Source: a virus. From it: a stretch of 64,000 nt of DNA. The stretch is taken from IMG/VR virus record IMGVR_UViG_3300035670_000075, positions 32,001-96,000 of that record. One strand, given 5' to 3'. Position 1 is the stretch's first letter. Every line of letters begins with the position of its first letter. This document shows, piece by piece, positions 37,479 through 47,076 of this stretch. The notes below the pieces were generated by a model. It saw only the letters and a list, made by a program, of their open reading frames with translations. It was not told the DNA's origin and searched no databases. Position numbers and translations under genes: made by a program.

Positions 37479-38624
37479 ATGGTTTATTACAATGAATTTG
37501 ACCCCGAAGCTGCGCAATGGCTGCGTAATTTAATCGTCGCAGGGGTGATTCCGTGCGGCGATGTGGACGAGAGGAGTATTGTTGATGTCAGCCCAAATGA
37601 CCTTGCCGGGTATGAGCAGTGTCACTTCTTTGCCGGAATTGGCGGATGGGCTTACGCGCTTAGGCTTGCAGGATGGGGAGATTCTAACGTATGGACAGGA
37701 AGCCCGCCGTGCCAGCCTTTTAGCGCAGCAGGAAAAGGACTTGGCGCGCAAGACGAGCGCAACCTGTGGTACGCATTCTACCGCCTCATCCGCGAGTGTA
37801 AACCTGCAACGCTCTTTGGAGAGCAGGTTGCGCAAGCAATTGGCTACGACTGGCTCGACACTGTATCGACTGACTTGGAACAAGAAGGTTACGCGGTCGG
37901 GGCGGCAGTATTGCCAGCTTGCAGCGTCGGCGCACCGCACAAACGCGAAAGACTGTGGTTCGTGGCCGACAACCAAAGTGCAGAATCAGAATGCACCTGG
38001 CGAGCACGGCAACGGTGGACAAGACCTTCAGACGGTGGCGGAATATACGAACTGGAGCACGCCGATAGTCAACGACGAGAAGATGAGTACGCATTGCAAC
38101 GGCGGCACTCGCAAGGATGGAAGCAAGGCTATATTTCTGAAGCTTCCGGGAATGGCTTAACTCACGACTTGGCCGATAGCGGCAACCAGAGATTACAAGG
38201 GGGGGTATCAAAACGGCAGAATTCGCAACGACAAGTTATCGACAGACGCATTGGATATAACTGCTCAACTCACAATATGGCCGACAGCCAGATCGACGGA
38301 TTACAAGATGGGCAAGACCGGAACTGGAGACGGGAGGGAGTTTGCGGACAATCTATGTCAGGCATCCTTGAAGACGGGTCTGACGGACTCACTCGCGGAT
38401 TCTGGAGTAATGCCGATTGGGTGTACTGCCGAGACGAAAAGTACCGCCCAATTGAACCCGGACTTAAGCCGTTGGCTCATGGGGTATCCGGTAGAGTGGC
38501 TATTGGCAGCGCCGGTAAAACTTATTGGTACACGCGAAAATCAGCGCTCAAAGGATTCGGCAATGCCATCGTACCGCAAGTGGCTGCGGAATTTATTAAA
38601 GCATTCATGACGAGAGACGAATAA
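37479..38624 (+). CDS. C5-cytosine DNA methyltransferase (alpha-type chain)
   Basis: FFAGIGG, TGSPPCQPFS, EQV, GAPHKRERLW, LKGFGNAIVPQVA. Confidence 0.9.
   Translation: MVYYNEFDPEAAQWLRNLIVAGVIPCGDVDERSIVDVSPNDLAGYEQCHFFAGIGGWAYALRLAGWGDSNVWTGSPPCQPFSAAGKGLGAQDERNLWYAFYRLIRECKPATLFGEQVAQAIGYDWLDTVSTDLEQEGYAVGAAVLPACSVGAPHKRERLWFVADNQSAESECTWRARQRWTRPSDGGGIYELEHADSQRREDEYALQRRHSQGWKQGYISEASGNGLTHDLADSGNQRLQGGVSKRQNSQRQVIDRRIGYNCSTHNMADSQIDGLQDGQDRNWRREGVCGQSMSGILEDGSDGLTRGFWSNADWVYCRDEKYRPIEPGLKPLAHGVSGRVAIGSAGKTYWYTRKSALKGFGNAIVPQVAAEFIKAFMTRDE
38251..38610 (+). CDS. Overlapping alternative-frame ORF, putative MTase beta chain carrying motif IX (start uncertain)
   Basis: LNPDLSRWLMGYPVEW and WPT repeats in the +1 frame. 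Confidence 0.55.
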   Translation: MDITAQLTIWPTARSTDYKMGKTGTGDGREFADNLCQASLKTGLTDSLADSGVMPIGCTAETKSTAQLNPDLSRWLMGYPVEWLLAAPVKLIGTRENQRSKDSAMPSYRKWLRNLLKHS

Positions 38625-39136
38625 TGAAAGAATCCCCAATCATCTTCTCACCCGCAATGATCGCCGCGCTGCTACGCGGCGACAAACACCAGACTCGCCG
38701 CCTGCGCAATATCAATGGCGATATTTTATGGGTGCGTGAATCGGTTTGGATTTACGGAAAGTGGGTAAGAAACGGTGTATCTCCAGAAGGTAGATATAAA
38801 TTTAGCTTTAAGGTACACGAAAGCAAACAAGTCAGTTACGACACGCCGACAGGCGCACTGGCTGACAAGATGCTTGGTAATCTCGGCTGGAAGCATGTGC
38901 CGTCGATTCATATTCCGCGATGGGCTTCGCGGATTACATTGCACGTTTCAGAAAGAAGGATTGAACGCTTAAAAGAAATATCCGTTGCCGACGCTATTGC
39001 GGAAGGCATCGATAAAAACGCGGTAGACCCACGCCGCGAATTTGCGCATTTATGGGAACAAATTCACGGACTTGGCGCTTGGGCTGAAAACCCCGTGGTT
39101 CAAGTCATCACTTTCACTGTTAAAAAAGGAAATTAG
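38624..39136 (+). CDS. Conserved phage protein (ASCH/PUA-like)
   Basis: PIIFS..MI.ALL.G.K.QTRR, LWVRES, PSIH.PRWASRI, W.ENP.V. Confidence 0.7.
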   Translation: MKESPIIFSPAMIAALLRGDKHQTRRLRNINGDILWVRESVWIYGKWVRNGVSPEGRYKFSFKVHESKQVSYDTPTGALADKMLGNLGWKHVPSIHIPRWASRITLHVSERRIERLKEISVADAIAEGIDKNAVDPRREFAHLWEQIHGLGAWAENPVVQVITFTVKKGN

Positions 39137-39137
39137 T

Positions 39138-39596
39138 ATGGCGCGCGGATTAAACAAAGTCATGCTCATCGGCAACTTGGGCGGCGACCCTGATGTTCGC
39201 TCTAGCGCTGGCGGCATGACTATCGCCAAGTTTAGCTTGGCAACAAGCAGTTCACGCAAAGACCAGCAAACAGGTAATTGGATTGAAGAAACCGAATGGC
39301 ACCGCGTCGCGCTGTTCGGCAGGCTAGCCGAGGTAGCACAGCAATACCTGCGCAAAGGCTCAAAAGTTTACATCGAAGGACGCATAAAAACGAATAAGTG
39401 GCAGGATCAGGACGGAAATGACCGCTATACCACTGAAGTTATCGGCAATGAAATGCAAATGCTTGATGGTCGTGGCAGTGGTGGCAGCAGTAGTCATCAT
39501 GACGACCAAGCATATGAATCGCCGCAGCAACCAGAGCTGCAATCTCAGCAACCGCCTCCAGCGCCTAACGACTTCGACGACGACATTCCATTTTAA
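39138..39596 (+). CDS. ssb: Single-stranded DNA-binding protein
   Basis: NKVMLIGNLG.DP, TEWHRV, DFDDDIPF. Confidence 0.96.
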   Translation: MARGLNKVMLIGNLGGDPDVRSSAGGMTIAKFSLATSSSRKDQQTGNWIEETEWHRVALFGRLAEVAQQYLRKGSKVYIEGRIKTNKWQDQDGNDRYTTEVIGNEMQMLDGRGSGGSSSHHDDQAYESPQQPELQSQQPPPAPNDFDDDIPF

Positions 39597-39612
39597 GTTT
39601 AAGGAAACACCA

Positions 39613-40098
39613 ATGATCAAGCTTGATGTGAAGATAACCAACAAAGAGTTTTTCGCTGGACGAGACTTGCCAAACTACGCCACACCAGGCGCAGCGGCAA
39701 TCGACCTGGTTGCGGCGATTGACAATAAGGTAGTCGTTCGCGGCGGAGCAGTTGAGATTATTCCAACTGGTATTGCCGTTGATATGAGTAAGCAAGGAAC
39801 TGCTGACGAGGTTATGTCATTAGCCGCACTGATACTGCCGCGCTCAGGTATTGCCGTCAATCACGGTATCGTGCTCGGCAACTCGGTTGGGCTGGTTGAT
39901 TCTGATTACCAAGGCGAAATCAAGGTGGCGGTATGGAACCGCAATATTCCAGGCAGCGGTGATTTTACGATCAACCCCGGCGACCGCATCGCGCAAATGA
40001 CATTTGTGCCAGTTGTGAGTGTGGCACTGAACGTGGTGGACGAGTTCGACTCACAGACGCTTCGCGGTGGCGGTGGGTTTGGGCATACAGGGGTTTGA
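39613..40098 (+). CDS. dut: dUTPase
   Basis: AAIDL, LPRSG, VGLVDSDYQGEI, RIAQ, RGGGGFGHTG. Confidence 0.95.
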   Translation: MIKLDVKITNKEFFAGRDLPNYATPGAAAIDLVAAIDNKVVVRGGAVEIIPTGIAVDMSKQGTADEVMSLAALILPRSGIAVNHGIVLGNSVGLVDSDYQGEIKVAVWNRNIPGSGDFTINPGDRIAQMTFVPVVSVALNVVDEFDSQTLRGGGGFGHTGV

Positions 40099-40099
40099 T

Positions 40100-40513
40100 A
40101 TGACACAAAAACTCACTCTCGGTGATGTAACCGTACCTAAAGACTGGATGCTGACAACAGACAAGAAATGCCTATCAAGTGGTCTGTCAGCATATTACTC
40201 AGCAATGAGCCACTTGTACGATGCTGAAAATGATGACAACAAGGAAAGAAGCCAATACAAGTACGCGATGGCATTGTCGAGCTTTAGCCGCTGCTTTGGT
40301 TATCTATCAAGATTCGAGGTGAACGTCATACCTGAAGAGCTTGATGCCAGCGACGAAAACCCGTTTTCTTATCTTAAAGTTGGCGAAATGAAAACATTAT
40401 GCGAACAATTTGATGCTGTGCTGTCAACGTACATTGCACCGGCATCGAAAGCGGTAATGCGCAAAAAATCCACAACCCAAAAAGGAAAGCACAATGCAAA
40501 GACCGGAAATTGA
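40100..40513 (+). CDS. Hypothetical protein
   Basis: Operon context. Confidence 0.55.
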   Translation: MTQKLTLGDVTVPKDWMLTTDKKCLSSGLSAYYSAMSHLYDAENDDNKERSQYKYAMALSSFSRCFGYLSRFEVNVIPEELDASDENPFSYLKVGEMKTLCEQFDAVLSTYIAPASKAVMRKKSTTQKGKHNAKTGN

Positions 40514-43142
40514 TTTCCAAAACACTCATGCTACGGCGGTAAAAGTCCTTGAGCGCCGTTACTTGAAAAAAGATGCCGACGGCAAGCCGGTAGAGAAACC
40601 TGAGGATATGTTCTGGCGTGTGGCGCAGAATATCGCACAGGCTGAATCAAGCTTTGAAAGCATCGAACAGTGGGCTGATACATTCTACAAAATGATGGTA
40701 CGCTGCGAATTTATGCCAAATTCACCGACTTTGATGAATGCCGGGCGCGACCTGCAACAACTGTCAGCCTGCTTCGTCCTGCCGGTTGGCGATTCGATGG
40801 AAGAAATCTTTGAAACACTGAAGCACACCGCGCTTATCCATAAGTCAGGCGGCGGCACCGGGTTTTCCTTTACGCGCCTGCGCCCGAAGAATGACCGCGT
40901 GCAATCTACCCACGGCGTATCCAGCGGCCCGGTATCGTTCATGAAGATTTTTGACGCCGCCACCGAGCACGTCAAGCAGGGCGGCACGCGGCGCGGCGCG
41001 AACATGGGTATTTTGCGTGTTGACCACCCGGATATTTTGGAGTTCGTCGAATGCAAAGCCAATGGCGGCATTCAGAATTTCAATATTTCCGTCGCCATTA
41101 CCGATAAATTCATGACCGCGATTGATAACGGCGGTGAATACGCACTGATCAATCCCCGCGACGGTAGCGAGCATAGCAAACTGAACGCCCGCGAAGTGTT
41201 CGGCAAAATCATCGACTTGGCGTGGAAAACCGGCGACCCTGGCTTGGTGTTCATCGACCGCATCAATGCCGCCGCGCCGACTCCGGCGCACGGCTTCATT
41301 GAAGCCACCAATCCGTGCGTGACTGGCGATACGCTGGTGATGACCGTTGATGGCGCGGTAACGGTGCGCTCTATCGTCGGCAAGCAGGTTACGCTACTGG
41401 TCAACGGGGACGAGCACCGCACTACGCAAATCGGGTTCTATGAAACTGGGGTAAAGAAGGTTTTTCGACTCGCTCTGGAAGACGGCAAGACGGTTAAGCT
41501 GACCGAGAACCACATGGTTATGGTGTACCGCGCTAACAAGCAGTTGTGGGTGGAAGCCAAAGACATCAAGACTGGCGATAAAGTCCGCGTACACGACCAC
41601 GAAGAAGGCAAACTGCGCTACTCGCGCTTCCTCAGTTTGATCCCATGCGGTGAGGAAATGGTGTACGACGTACAGGTTCCTGGCGTCAACGCATTCGATG
41701 CCAACGGCATTTACGTCCACAACTGCGGTGAGTTGCCGCTGCAACCCAACGACGCTTGTACACTCGGCAGCATCAATGTCGCCAAGTTTGTTGACGAGAA
41801 TGGTGATATTGATTGGGTACAGTTGAAAATCTGCGTGCAACACTCAGTACGCTTTCTCGATAACGTGCTGGACATGAACCACTACCCGCTGCCGCAAATC
41901 GCCGACATGACCCGTGGCAACCGCAAAATTGGCTTGGGCGTGATGGGCTTCGCTGACCTGCTGATTGAGATGGGCATTCCCTACGACAGCAAAGAAGCCG
42001 TCAAAGTAGCTCACAACGTTATGGGCTGCATCAATGACACCGCTGACGCCTACAGCCGCGTACTCGGCGCTGAGCGTGGCGAGTATCCGTTCTGCGAAAA
42101 ACCTGAGCACCGAGGTCGCCGCAATGCCACTGTCACCACCATCGCGCCGACGGGTACGATTTCCATGATTGCGGGGTGCTCCAGTGGTATTGAGCCGCTG
42201 TTCGCGCTTGCTTACGTCAAAAATGTGATGGACAACACGCCGCTTGTCGAAACTAATGCGGCATTTGAAGCCACAGCAAAAGCATTTGGTTTCTATAGCG
42301 ACGAGTTGATGCGCAAGGTCGCCGAACATGGTGGTGTTCATGATATGGACGAAGTGCCGGAAGATGTGCGCAAGGTATTTGTGACTTCTCATGACATCGT
42401 TCCGCATTGGCACGTTGCCATTCAAGCGGCGTTTCAAGCGCATACCGAAAACAGCGTGTCGAAAACCATCAACTTAGCCAACAGTGCCACCAGAACTGAC
42501 GTGCGCGAAGCGTATGAAATGGCGTGGAAAACTGGATGCAAAGGCATCACCATTTACCGTGACGGCTGCAAGGATACGCAAGTGCTGTACACTGGCACCA
42601 AAGACCCGAACAAGAAGCCTGAAGCGGTTGCCGGTACACCGGAAGTGACGGCGCACATCCATCCACGCAAGCGTCCTGGTGTTTTGTCTGGTGAAACACA
42701 AAAAGTCGGTACAGGTTGCGGTAGCCTGTATGTAACGGTCAACCAGGAAGAAGGTCAGCCAGTGGAAGTGTTTGCGCAAATGGGCAAAAGTGGTGGTTGC
42801 GCCACTGCACAAACACAGGCGATTACCCGCCTGGCGTCAATCGCGCTGCGTGCCGGTGTTGACAGCAAGGAAATCGCGGAACAGTTGACAGGCATTCGTT
42901 GCCCTGCGCCGCAGTGGGGTGTTGGCGGCATGATTCTGTCTTGCCCTGATGGTATCGGCAAGGTGTTGTCTGGTTTAAGTTTGACCGCAGAGTTGCCTAT
43001 GGGTGACAAAGCTGATAAACTGGTTAACAACAGTCTGAGCGGTGACATTGTTGGCATGTGTCCAGATTGCGGTCATGTGCTGGAGTTCGTCGAAGGCTGT
43101 TCGGTGTGCAAGTCGTGCGGGTTTTCTAAGTGCGGCGGGTAA
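40494..43142 (+). CDS. nrdJ: Class II (B12-dependent) ribonucleotide reductase with mini-intein and C-terminal TSCPD/zinc ribbon
   Basis: PNSPTLMNAG, LSACFV, QGGTRRGANM, NPC/GE, TIAPTGTIS, SKTIN, SCPD. Confidence 0.95.
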   Translation: MQRPEIDFQNTHATAVKVLERRYLKKDADGKPVEKPEDMFWRVAQNIAQAESSFESIEQWADTFYKMMVRCEFMPNSPTLMNAGRDLQQLSACFVLPVGDSMEEIFETLKHTALIHKSGGGTGFSFTRLRPKNDRVQSTHGVSSGPVSFMKIFDAATEHVKQGGTRRGANMGILRVDHPDILEFVECKANGGIQNFNISVAITDKFMTAIDNGGEYALINPRDGSEHSKLNAREVFGKIIDLAWKTGDPGLVFIDRINAAAPTPAHGFIEATNPCVTGDTLVMTVDGAVTVRSIVGKQVTLLVNGDEHRTTQIGFYETGVKKVFRLALEDGKTVKLTENHMVMVYRANKQLWVEAKDIKTGDKVRVHDHEEGKLRYSRFLSLIPCGEEMVYDVQVPGVNAFDANGIYVHNCGELPLQPNDACTLGSINVAKFVDENGDIDWVQLKICVQHSVRFLDNVLDMNHYPLPQIADMTRGNRKIGLGVMGFADLLIEMGIPYDSKEAVKVAHNVMGCINDTADAYSRVLGAERGEYPFCEKPEHRGRRNATVTTIAPTGTISMIAGCSSGIEPLFALAYVKNVMDNTPLVETNAAFEATAKAFGFYSDELMRKVAEHGGVHDMDEVPEDVRKVFVTSHDIVPHWHVAIQAAFQAHTENSVSKTINLANSATRTDVREAYEMAWKTGCKGITIYRDGCKDTQVLYTGTKDPNKKPEAVAGTPEVTAHIHPRKRPGVLSGETQKVGTGCGSLYVTVNQEEGQPVEVFAQMGKSGGCATAQTQAITRLASIALRAGVDSKEIAEQLTGIRCPAPQWGVGGMILSCPDGIGKVLSGLSLTAELPMGDKADKLVNNSLSGDIVGMCPDCGHVLEFVEGCSVCKSCGFSKCGG
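41316..41723 (+). other. 136-aa mini-intein (no homing endonuclease) at the RNR active-site Cys
   Basis: NP|CVTGDT...LTENH...VYDVQV...ANGIYVHN|CGE. Confidence 0.93.
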
Positions 43143-43171
43143 TACCTTAAACATACATCACATAATTAACC

Positions 43172-43194
43172 ACTCCCGCTTCGGCGGGAGTTTT
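43172..43194 (+). terminator. Rho-independent terminator
   Basis: ACTCCCGC-TTCG-GCGGGAGT-TTT. Confidence 0.75.
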
Positions 43195-43204
43195 GCGAGG
43201 CTAT

Positions 43205-43432
43205 ATGCGGATTGTTCACCAAGGCGATGAGATCGTTGGCTATGTTAATTACGATGGCAGAGGCAAAAAAGAAGTTGTAAGAATCTTGATTCAAGGCAAA
43301 GACATGAGCATTACAACCCCTGAGTTGTTGCCGAATAATCCTGACGAAGAAAACCTTATCGCTGCATGTTTTAACTCCGCTTTCTTAAAAGCATCTGAAG
43401 TTATACTCAACAAAAGCGTTATAAGACTTTAG
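43205..43432 (+). CDS. Hypothetical protein
   Basis: GAGG RBS. Confidence 0.5.
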   Translation: MRIVHQGDEIVGYVNYDGRGKKEVVRILIQGKDMSITTPELLPNNPDEENLIAACFNSAFLKASEVILNKSVIRL

Positions 43433-43477
43433 ACCAATCAACATACCGCGCTTCTGCGGTATTTTAGCGAGAACACA

Positions 43478-43783
43478 ATGGAACTTTCACATAAAGAAGC
43501 AGTAATCGTAACCGATTACCAAAACGTAATAGAGTGGCTTCGCCGACAAGGAGTTACGGCTGAAGTTGTTCCTGAAACTCCAGACAAGATTCGTGGTAAA
43601 CACGTCATCGGCGATTTACCACCTCATCTGGCGACGGAGTGCTTTACGATTACAGCAATCGCTTTCGATAAGCCACCTATTAAGCGCCTCTCATACCTCA
43701 GCGCGGATGAGATGGAAGCGCACGGCGCACGACTGGAAACGTTTGTGGTGCGGCGCGTGGCTACGCCGGTTTTTTCGTCATGA
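43478..43783 (+). CDS. Csx16 (Cas_VVA1548)-like protein
   Basis: IEWLRRQG, VIGDLPPHLA, LSADEMEAHGARLETF match the family pattern; N-terminal RH replaced by DY. Confidence 0.7.
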   Translation: MELSHKEAVIVTDYQNVIEWLRRQGVTAEVVPETPDKIRGKHVIGDLPPHLATECFTITAIAFDKPPIKRLSYLSADEMEAHGARLETFVVRRVATPVFSS

Positions 43784-44091
43784 AAATACCCGACGACACA
43801 TGGGATTTTATCTCGCAAACACTGCTCAAACTCAAAGAAGAGCGAGACAGGTTCGATGAAGCCAACGATGGCTTATTAATAGCGCCTGAATCTCCGCTGA
43901 TAGAGCCGCTGAGCAACATCGAAGCACTGCTGGTTGATGCGCTGGACAGGATGATTGGCAATGGCGATAGTGATATAGAGTATTTTGTGTACGAGTGCAA
44001 GTTTGGCAGTAGCCCGCATAAAGCTGGCAAAGACCACGACATGAGAGAAATCAAAACGCTTGACGACTTGCGTTGGTTGATTGAGTTATAA
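43780..44091 (+). CDS. Hypothetical phage protein
   Basis: IEYFVYECKFG...IKTLDDL. Confidence 0.6.
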   Translation: MKIPDDTWDFISQTLLKLKEERDRFDEANDGLLIAPESPLIEPLSNIEALLVDALDRMIGNGDSDIEYFVYECKFGSSPHKAGKDHDMREIKTLDDLRWLIEL

Positions 44092-44130
44092 AGTTAATCT
44101 AACACCAAATAAATAAACGAGGACTTTTTT

Positions 44131-44364
44131 ATGATTGCAGATTTTATTGACCAGACAAAATTACCGTGGGTAATTGTTTGGCTTGACTGGAATTTATTTA
44201 ACTACTACTTGTCACTTATTGTTTTTATATTACTGGCAATGTCGCACTATTGGTACAAGATGCCATTTCATACTATTCATGGATTATTAACTCTTCCTGT
44301 ATTCGTGGGTTTTTGCGCTTGGGTAGTGTATTGCGCATTTACCGAAGGGTACTCTGTCGGTTAA
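44131..44364 (+). CDS. Small membrane protein
   Basis: Two to three hydrophobic segments; GAGGA RBS. Confidence 0.55.
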   Translation: MIADFIDQTKLPWVIVWLDWNLFNYYLSLIVFILLAMSHYWYKMPFHTIHGLLTLPVFVGFCAWVVYCAFTEGYSVG

Positions 44365-44398
44365 TTTTATTAGTCAAATATAAATATCAGGGGAAATC

Positions 44399-44962
44399 AT
44401 GGGGATTAAAAACGACAGATGGATTATCGACCAAGCAGCGCAAGGCATGATCAGACCTTTCGAGCAAAAGCAAGTCTCCAGATCGGCAGACAGCAGCAGA
44501 CTGATCAGCTATGGCACATCAAGCTACGGTTATGACGTGCGCTGTGGCGACCATTTTAAGGTATTCACCAACATCAACACGACAATAGTTGATCCCAAAG
44601 CATTCGACCATGACTGTTTTGTTGAGCGTGTTGGCAATATCTGCATTATCCCGCCAAACTCATTTGCGCTGGCGCACACCGTAGAATGGTTTCGCATTCC
44701 GCGCGACGTGCTGGTAGTTTGCCTCGGCAAATCAACATACGCCCGCGCAGGCATTATTGTAAACGTAACGCCGCTTGAACCAGAATGGGAAGGGCAAGTC
44801 ACCTTGGAATTTTCCAACACCACACCATTGCCAGCCAAGATTTACGCCAACGAAGGCGTGGCGCAAATGATATTCATCGGTGCCGATGAGGTTTGCGAAA
44901 CATCGTACAAAGACCGATTGGGGAAATACATGGGTCAGCGTGGCGTGACCCTGCCAAGATAA
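44399..44962 (+). CDS. dcd: dCTP deaminase
   Basis: [36 protein letters not shown]. Confidence 0.95.
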   Translation: MGIKNDRWIIDQAAQGMIRPFEQKQVSRSADSSRLISYGTSSYGYDVRCGDHFKVFTNINTTIVDPKAFDHDCFVERVGNICIIPPNSFALAHTVEWFRIPRDVLVVCLGKSTYARAGIIVNVTPLEPEWEGQVTLEFSNTTPLPAKIYANEGVAQMIFIGADEVCETSYKDRLGKYMGQRGVTLPR

Positions 44963-44967
44963 ATGCT

Positions 44968-45150
44968 ATGACACACCAACCAAAAGGCGGTATGTGCGCA
45001 AGCTGCATACGCGCCATGAATGATTGCTCGCAACTTATCTTTTACGCCATGCCGGTTATAGGCATTGCCGATAAAGTTAAGATTGTCAGATGCACCAGTT
45101 ATCAACGCAAGAAGGATTTGAAGCGTGAACCAACCAACCAGAGCAATTGA
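44968..45150 (+). CDS. Small Cys-rich phage protein
   Basis: THQPKGGMCASC...VRCT. Confidence 0.55.
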   Translation: MTHQPKGGMCASCIRAMNDCSQLIFYAMPVIGIADKVKIVRCTSYQRKKDLKREPTNQSN

Positions 45151-45352
45151 AGTTCCAATTTACACCGACCCGTTCGGTTGTCCACGATGTCAAGGAATTG
45201 ATCAAGGCATCAAGCAAGGTGATTGCCTGTTTGTCATGCAAGCCAATACGCAAAATGCGTATTGCAGGCTGACTAATGTACATCTTGAAAGAGATGATGC
45301 CGGTGGGCTTGTTGCGCCAATGAATTGTCCGTTGTGGATTGTGGGGGCTTGA
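45125..45352 (+). CDS. Small Cys-rich hypothetical protein
   Basis: Operon context. Confidence 0.45.
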   Translation: MNQPTRAIEVPIYTDPFGCPRCQGIDQGIKQGDCLFVMQANTQNAYCRLTNVHLERDDAGGLVAPMNCPLWIVGA

Positions 45353-45353
45353 T

Positions 45354-46067
45354 ATGGACAGGTATAAAAGAAAAGAGATTATAGGAGACGCAACGCTGTA
45401 TTTAGCTGATTGTCTTGACGTTCTCCCTGCGATGAAAAAAGGTGATGCTGATATGCTTCTGGCAGACCCCCCATATGGAATTGAGTTTGTAGGAAGGGGC
45501 GGAGTCCACGAAATGATAAAAAACGATCATCGTGGATTTGACGTTTCTCCATATATAGAAGCTGCTCTCAAAGTATTAAAAAGAGGTCGTCACGTTTATA
45601 TTTTTGGTGAATTAGATATTGATAATCTTCAGCTTTGCTCGAAAGCAGAGTTAATATGGGATAAAGAGATTTTTGGACTTGGAAATTTAGAAATACCGTG
45701 GGGAAAGCAGCACGAACGCATAACCTTTGCTGTTCATGAAATAAGCAAAAAAAACCGTGATAAAGGTTTTGGCGCTCTATCAGCACGAATCAGGCGTGGA
45801 AGCATACTAAGAAGCTTACGCCCGCACAGCGGAGGGGCGGTAAACCACCCAACAGAAAAACCAATTGATATTTTATGCCAAATGATCGAAAGCAGTTCAA
45901 TGATTGGTGAAACCATATTAGACCCTTTTATGGGTAGCGGAAGCAGTATTGTAGCTGCCATTTGCGAAGGTCGCAAAGCTATAGGCATTGAAATTGACGA
46001 AAAACACTTTGATACTGCGTGCCGCCGTGTTGATGATGCCACAAAGCAGAAGTCTCTTTTTTACTGA
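45354..46067 (+). CDS. DNA methyltransferase, N6A/N4C beta class
   Basis: ADPPYG, HPTEKP, ILDPFMGSGS, IGIEID. Confidence 0.92.
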   Translation: MDRYKRKEIIGDATLYLADCLDVLPAMKKGDADMLLADPPYGIEFVGRGGVHEMIKNDHRGFDVSPYIEAALKVLKRGRHVYIFGELDIDNLQLCSKAELIWDKEIFGLGNLEIPWGKQHERITFAVHEISKKNRDKGFGALSARIRRGSILRSLRPHSGGAVNHPTEKPIDILCQMIESSSMIGETILDPFMGSGSSIVAAICEGRKAIGIEIDEKHFDTACRRVDDATKQKSLFY

Positions 46068-46107
46068 TTTTAGCTTTATAACTACTTACTTAAAAGGTCG
46101 GTTAGGC

Positions 46108-46281
46108 ATGAGAAAGCTACTGTTTTTATGGGCTGTTATTGCTTCAGTATGGGGATGGTGGAATCACGATGCCTACAACAACTTACGTAACAAAATGATT
46201 GCACAGGAAGATAAGTGCGGAATCGCTGACGTTGCTGCGAGTAAGTTTCGCCAGGTTAAATCTTGGTTTAATGGAGAGTAA
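46108..46281 (+). CDS. Small membrane/secreted protein
   Basis: MRKLLFLWAVIASVWGWW. Confidence 0.45.
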   Translation: MRKLLFLWAVIASVWGWWNHDAYNNLRNKMIAQEDKCGIADVAASKFRQVKSWFNGE

Positions 46282-46284
46282 ACA

Positions 46285-47076
46285 ATGCACCAATACCTCG
46301 ACTTCCTCCGCCACATCAGAAACAATGGCGTAACCAAAGCTGACCGCACCGGAACCGGAACCACCAGCGTATTCGGCTACCAGATGCGATTCAACTTGCG
46401 CCACGGCTTCCCCCTGGTGACAACGAAGCATGTCCACTTACGCAGCATTATTTATGAATTGCTGTGGTTTTTGCGCGGTGATACCAACGTCAATTACCTA
46501 CGCGACAACGGCGTGACGATTTGGGACGAATGGGCTGACGCCGACGGCAATTTAGGCCCGGTGTACGGTGCGCAATGGCGTAGCTGGCCGTCAGAGCATG
46601 GCGAGCATATCGACCAACTCGCCGAAGTTCTACACGACATCAAAAAGAATCCAGATTCCCGCCGTCTCATCGTCAGCGCATGGAACGTCGCGGAACTGAA
46701 ACACATGGCGCTACCGCCGTGTCACATGCTGTTTCAGTTCTATGTCGCCAACGGCGCGCTGAGTTGCCAAGTTTACCAGCGATCAGCCGATGCGTTCCTG
46801 GGCGTTCCGTTCAACATCGCGTCTTATGCGCTGCTAACACACATGGTAGCGCAGCAATGCAACTTGCGCGTTGGCGAACTCATTTGGACAGGTGGTGACT
46901 GCCATATTTACAGTAACCACACAGACCAAGTTGAATTACAACTATCTCGCCAACCACTAGAGCTTCCTCGGCTTGAACTGCGTAAAGCGCGTGATTTATT
47001 TTCCTATGACTACAGTGATGTGGTTATACACGACTACAGACCGCATCCACGGATATTTGCTGAGGTGGCAGTATGA
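46285..47076 (+). CDS. thyA: Thymidylate synthase
   Basis: [30 protein letters not shown]. Confidence 0.97.
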   Translation: MHQYLDFLRHIRNNGVTKADRTGTGTTSVFGYQMRFNLRHGFPLVTTKHVHLRSIIYELLWFLRGDTNVNYLRDNGVTIWDEWADADGNLGPVYGAQWRSWPSEHGEHIDQLAEVLHDIKKNPDSRRLIVSAWNVAELKHMALPPCHMLFQFYVANGALSCQVYQRSADAFLGVPFNIASYALLTHMVAQQCNLRVGELIWTGGDCHIYSNHTDQVELQLSRQPLELPRLELRKARDLFSYDYSDVVIHDYRPHPRIFAEVAV

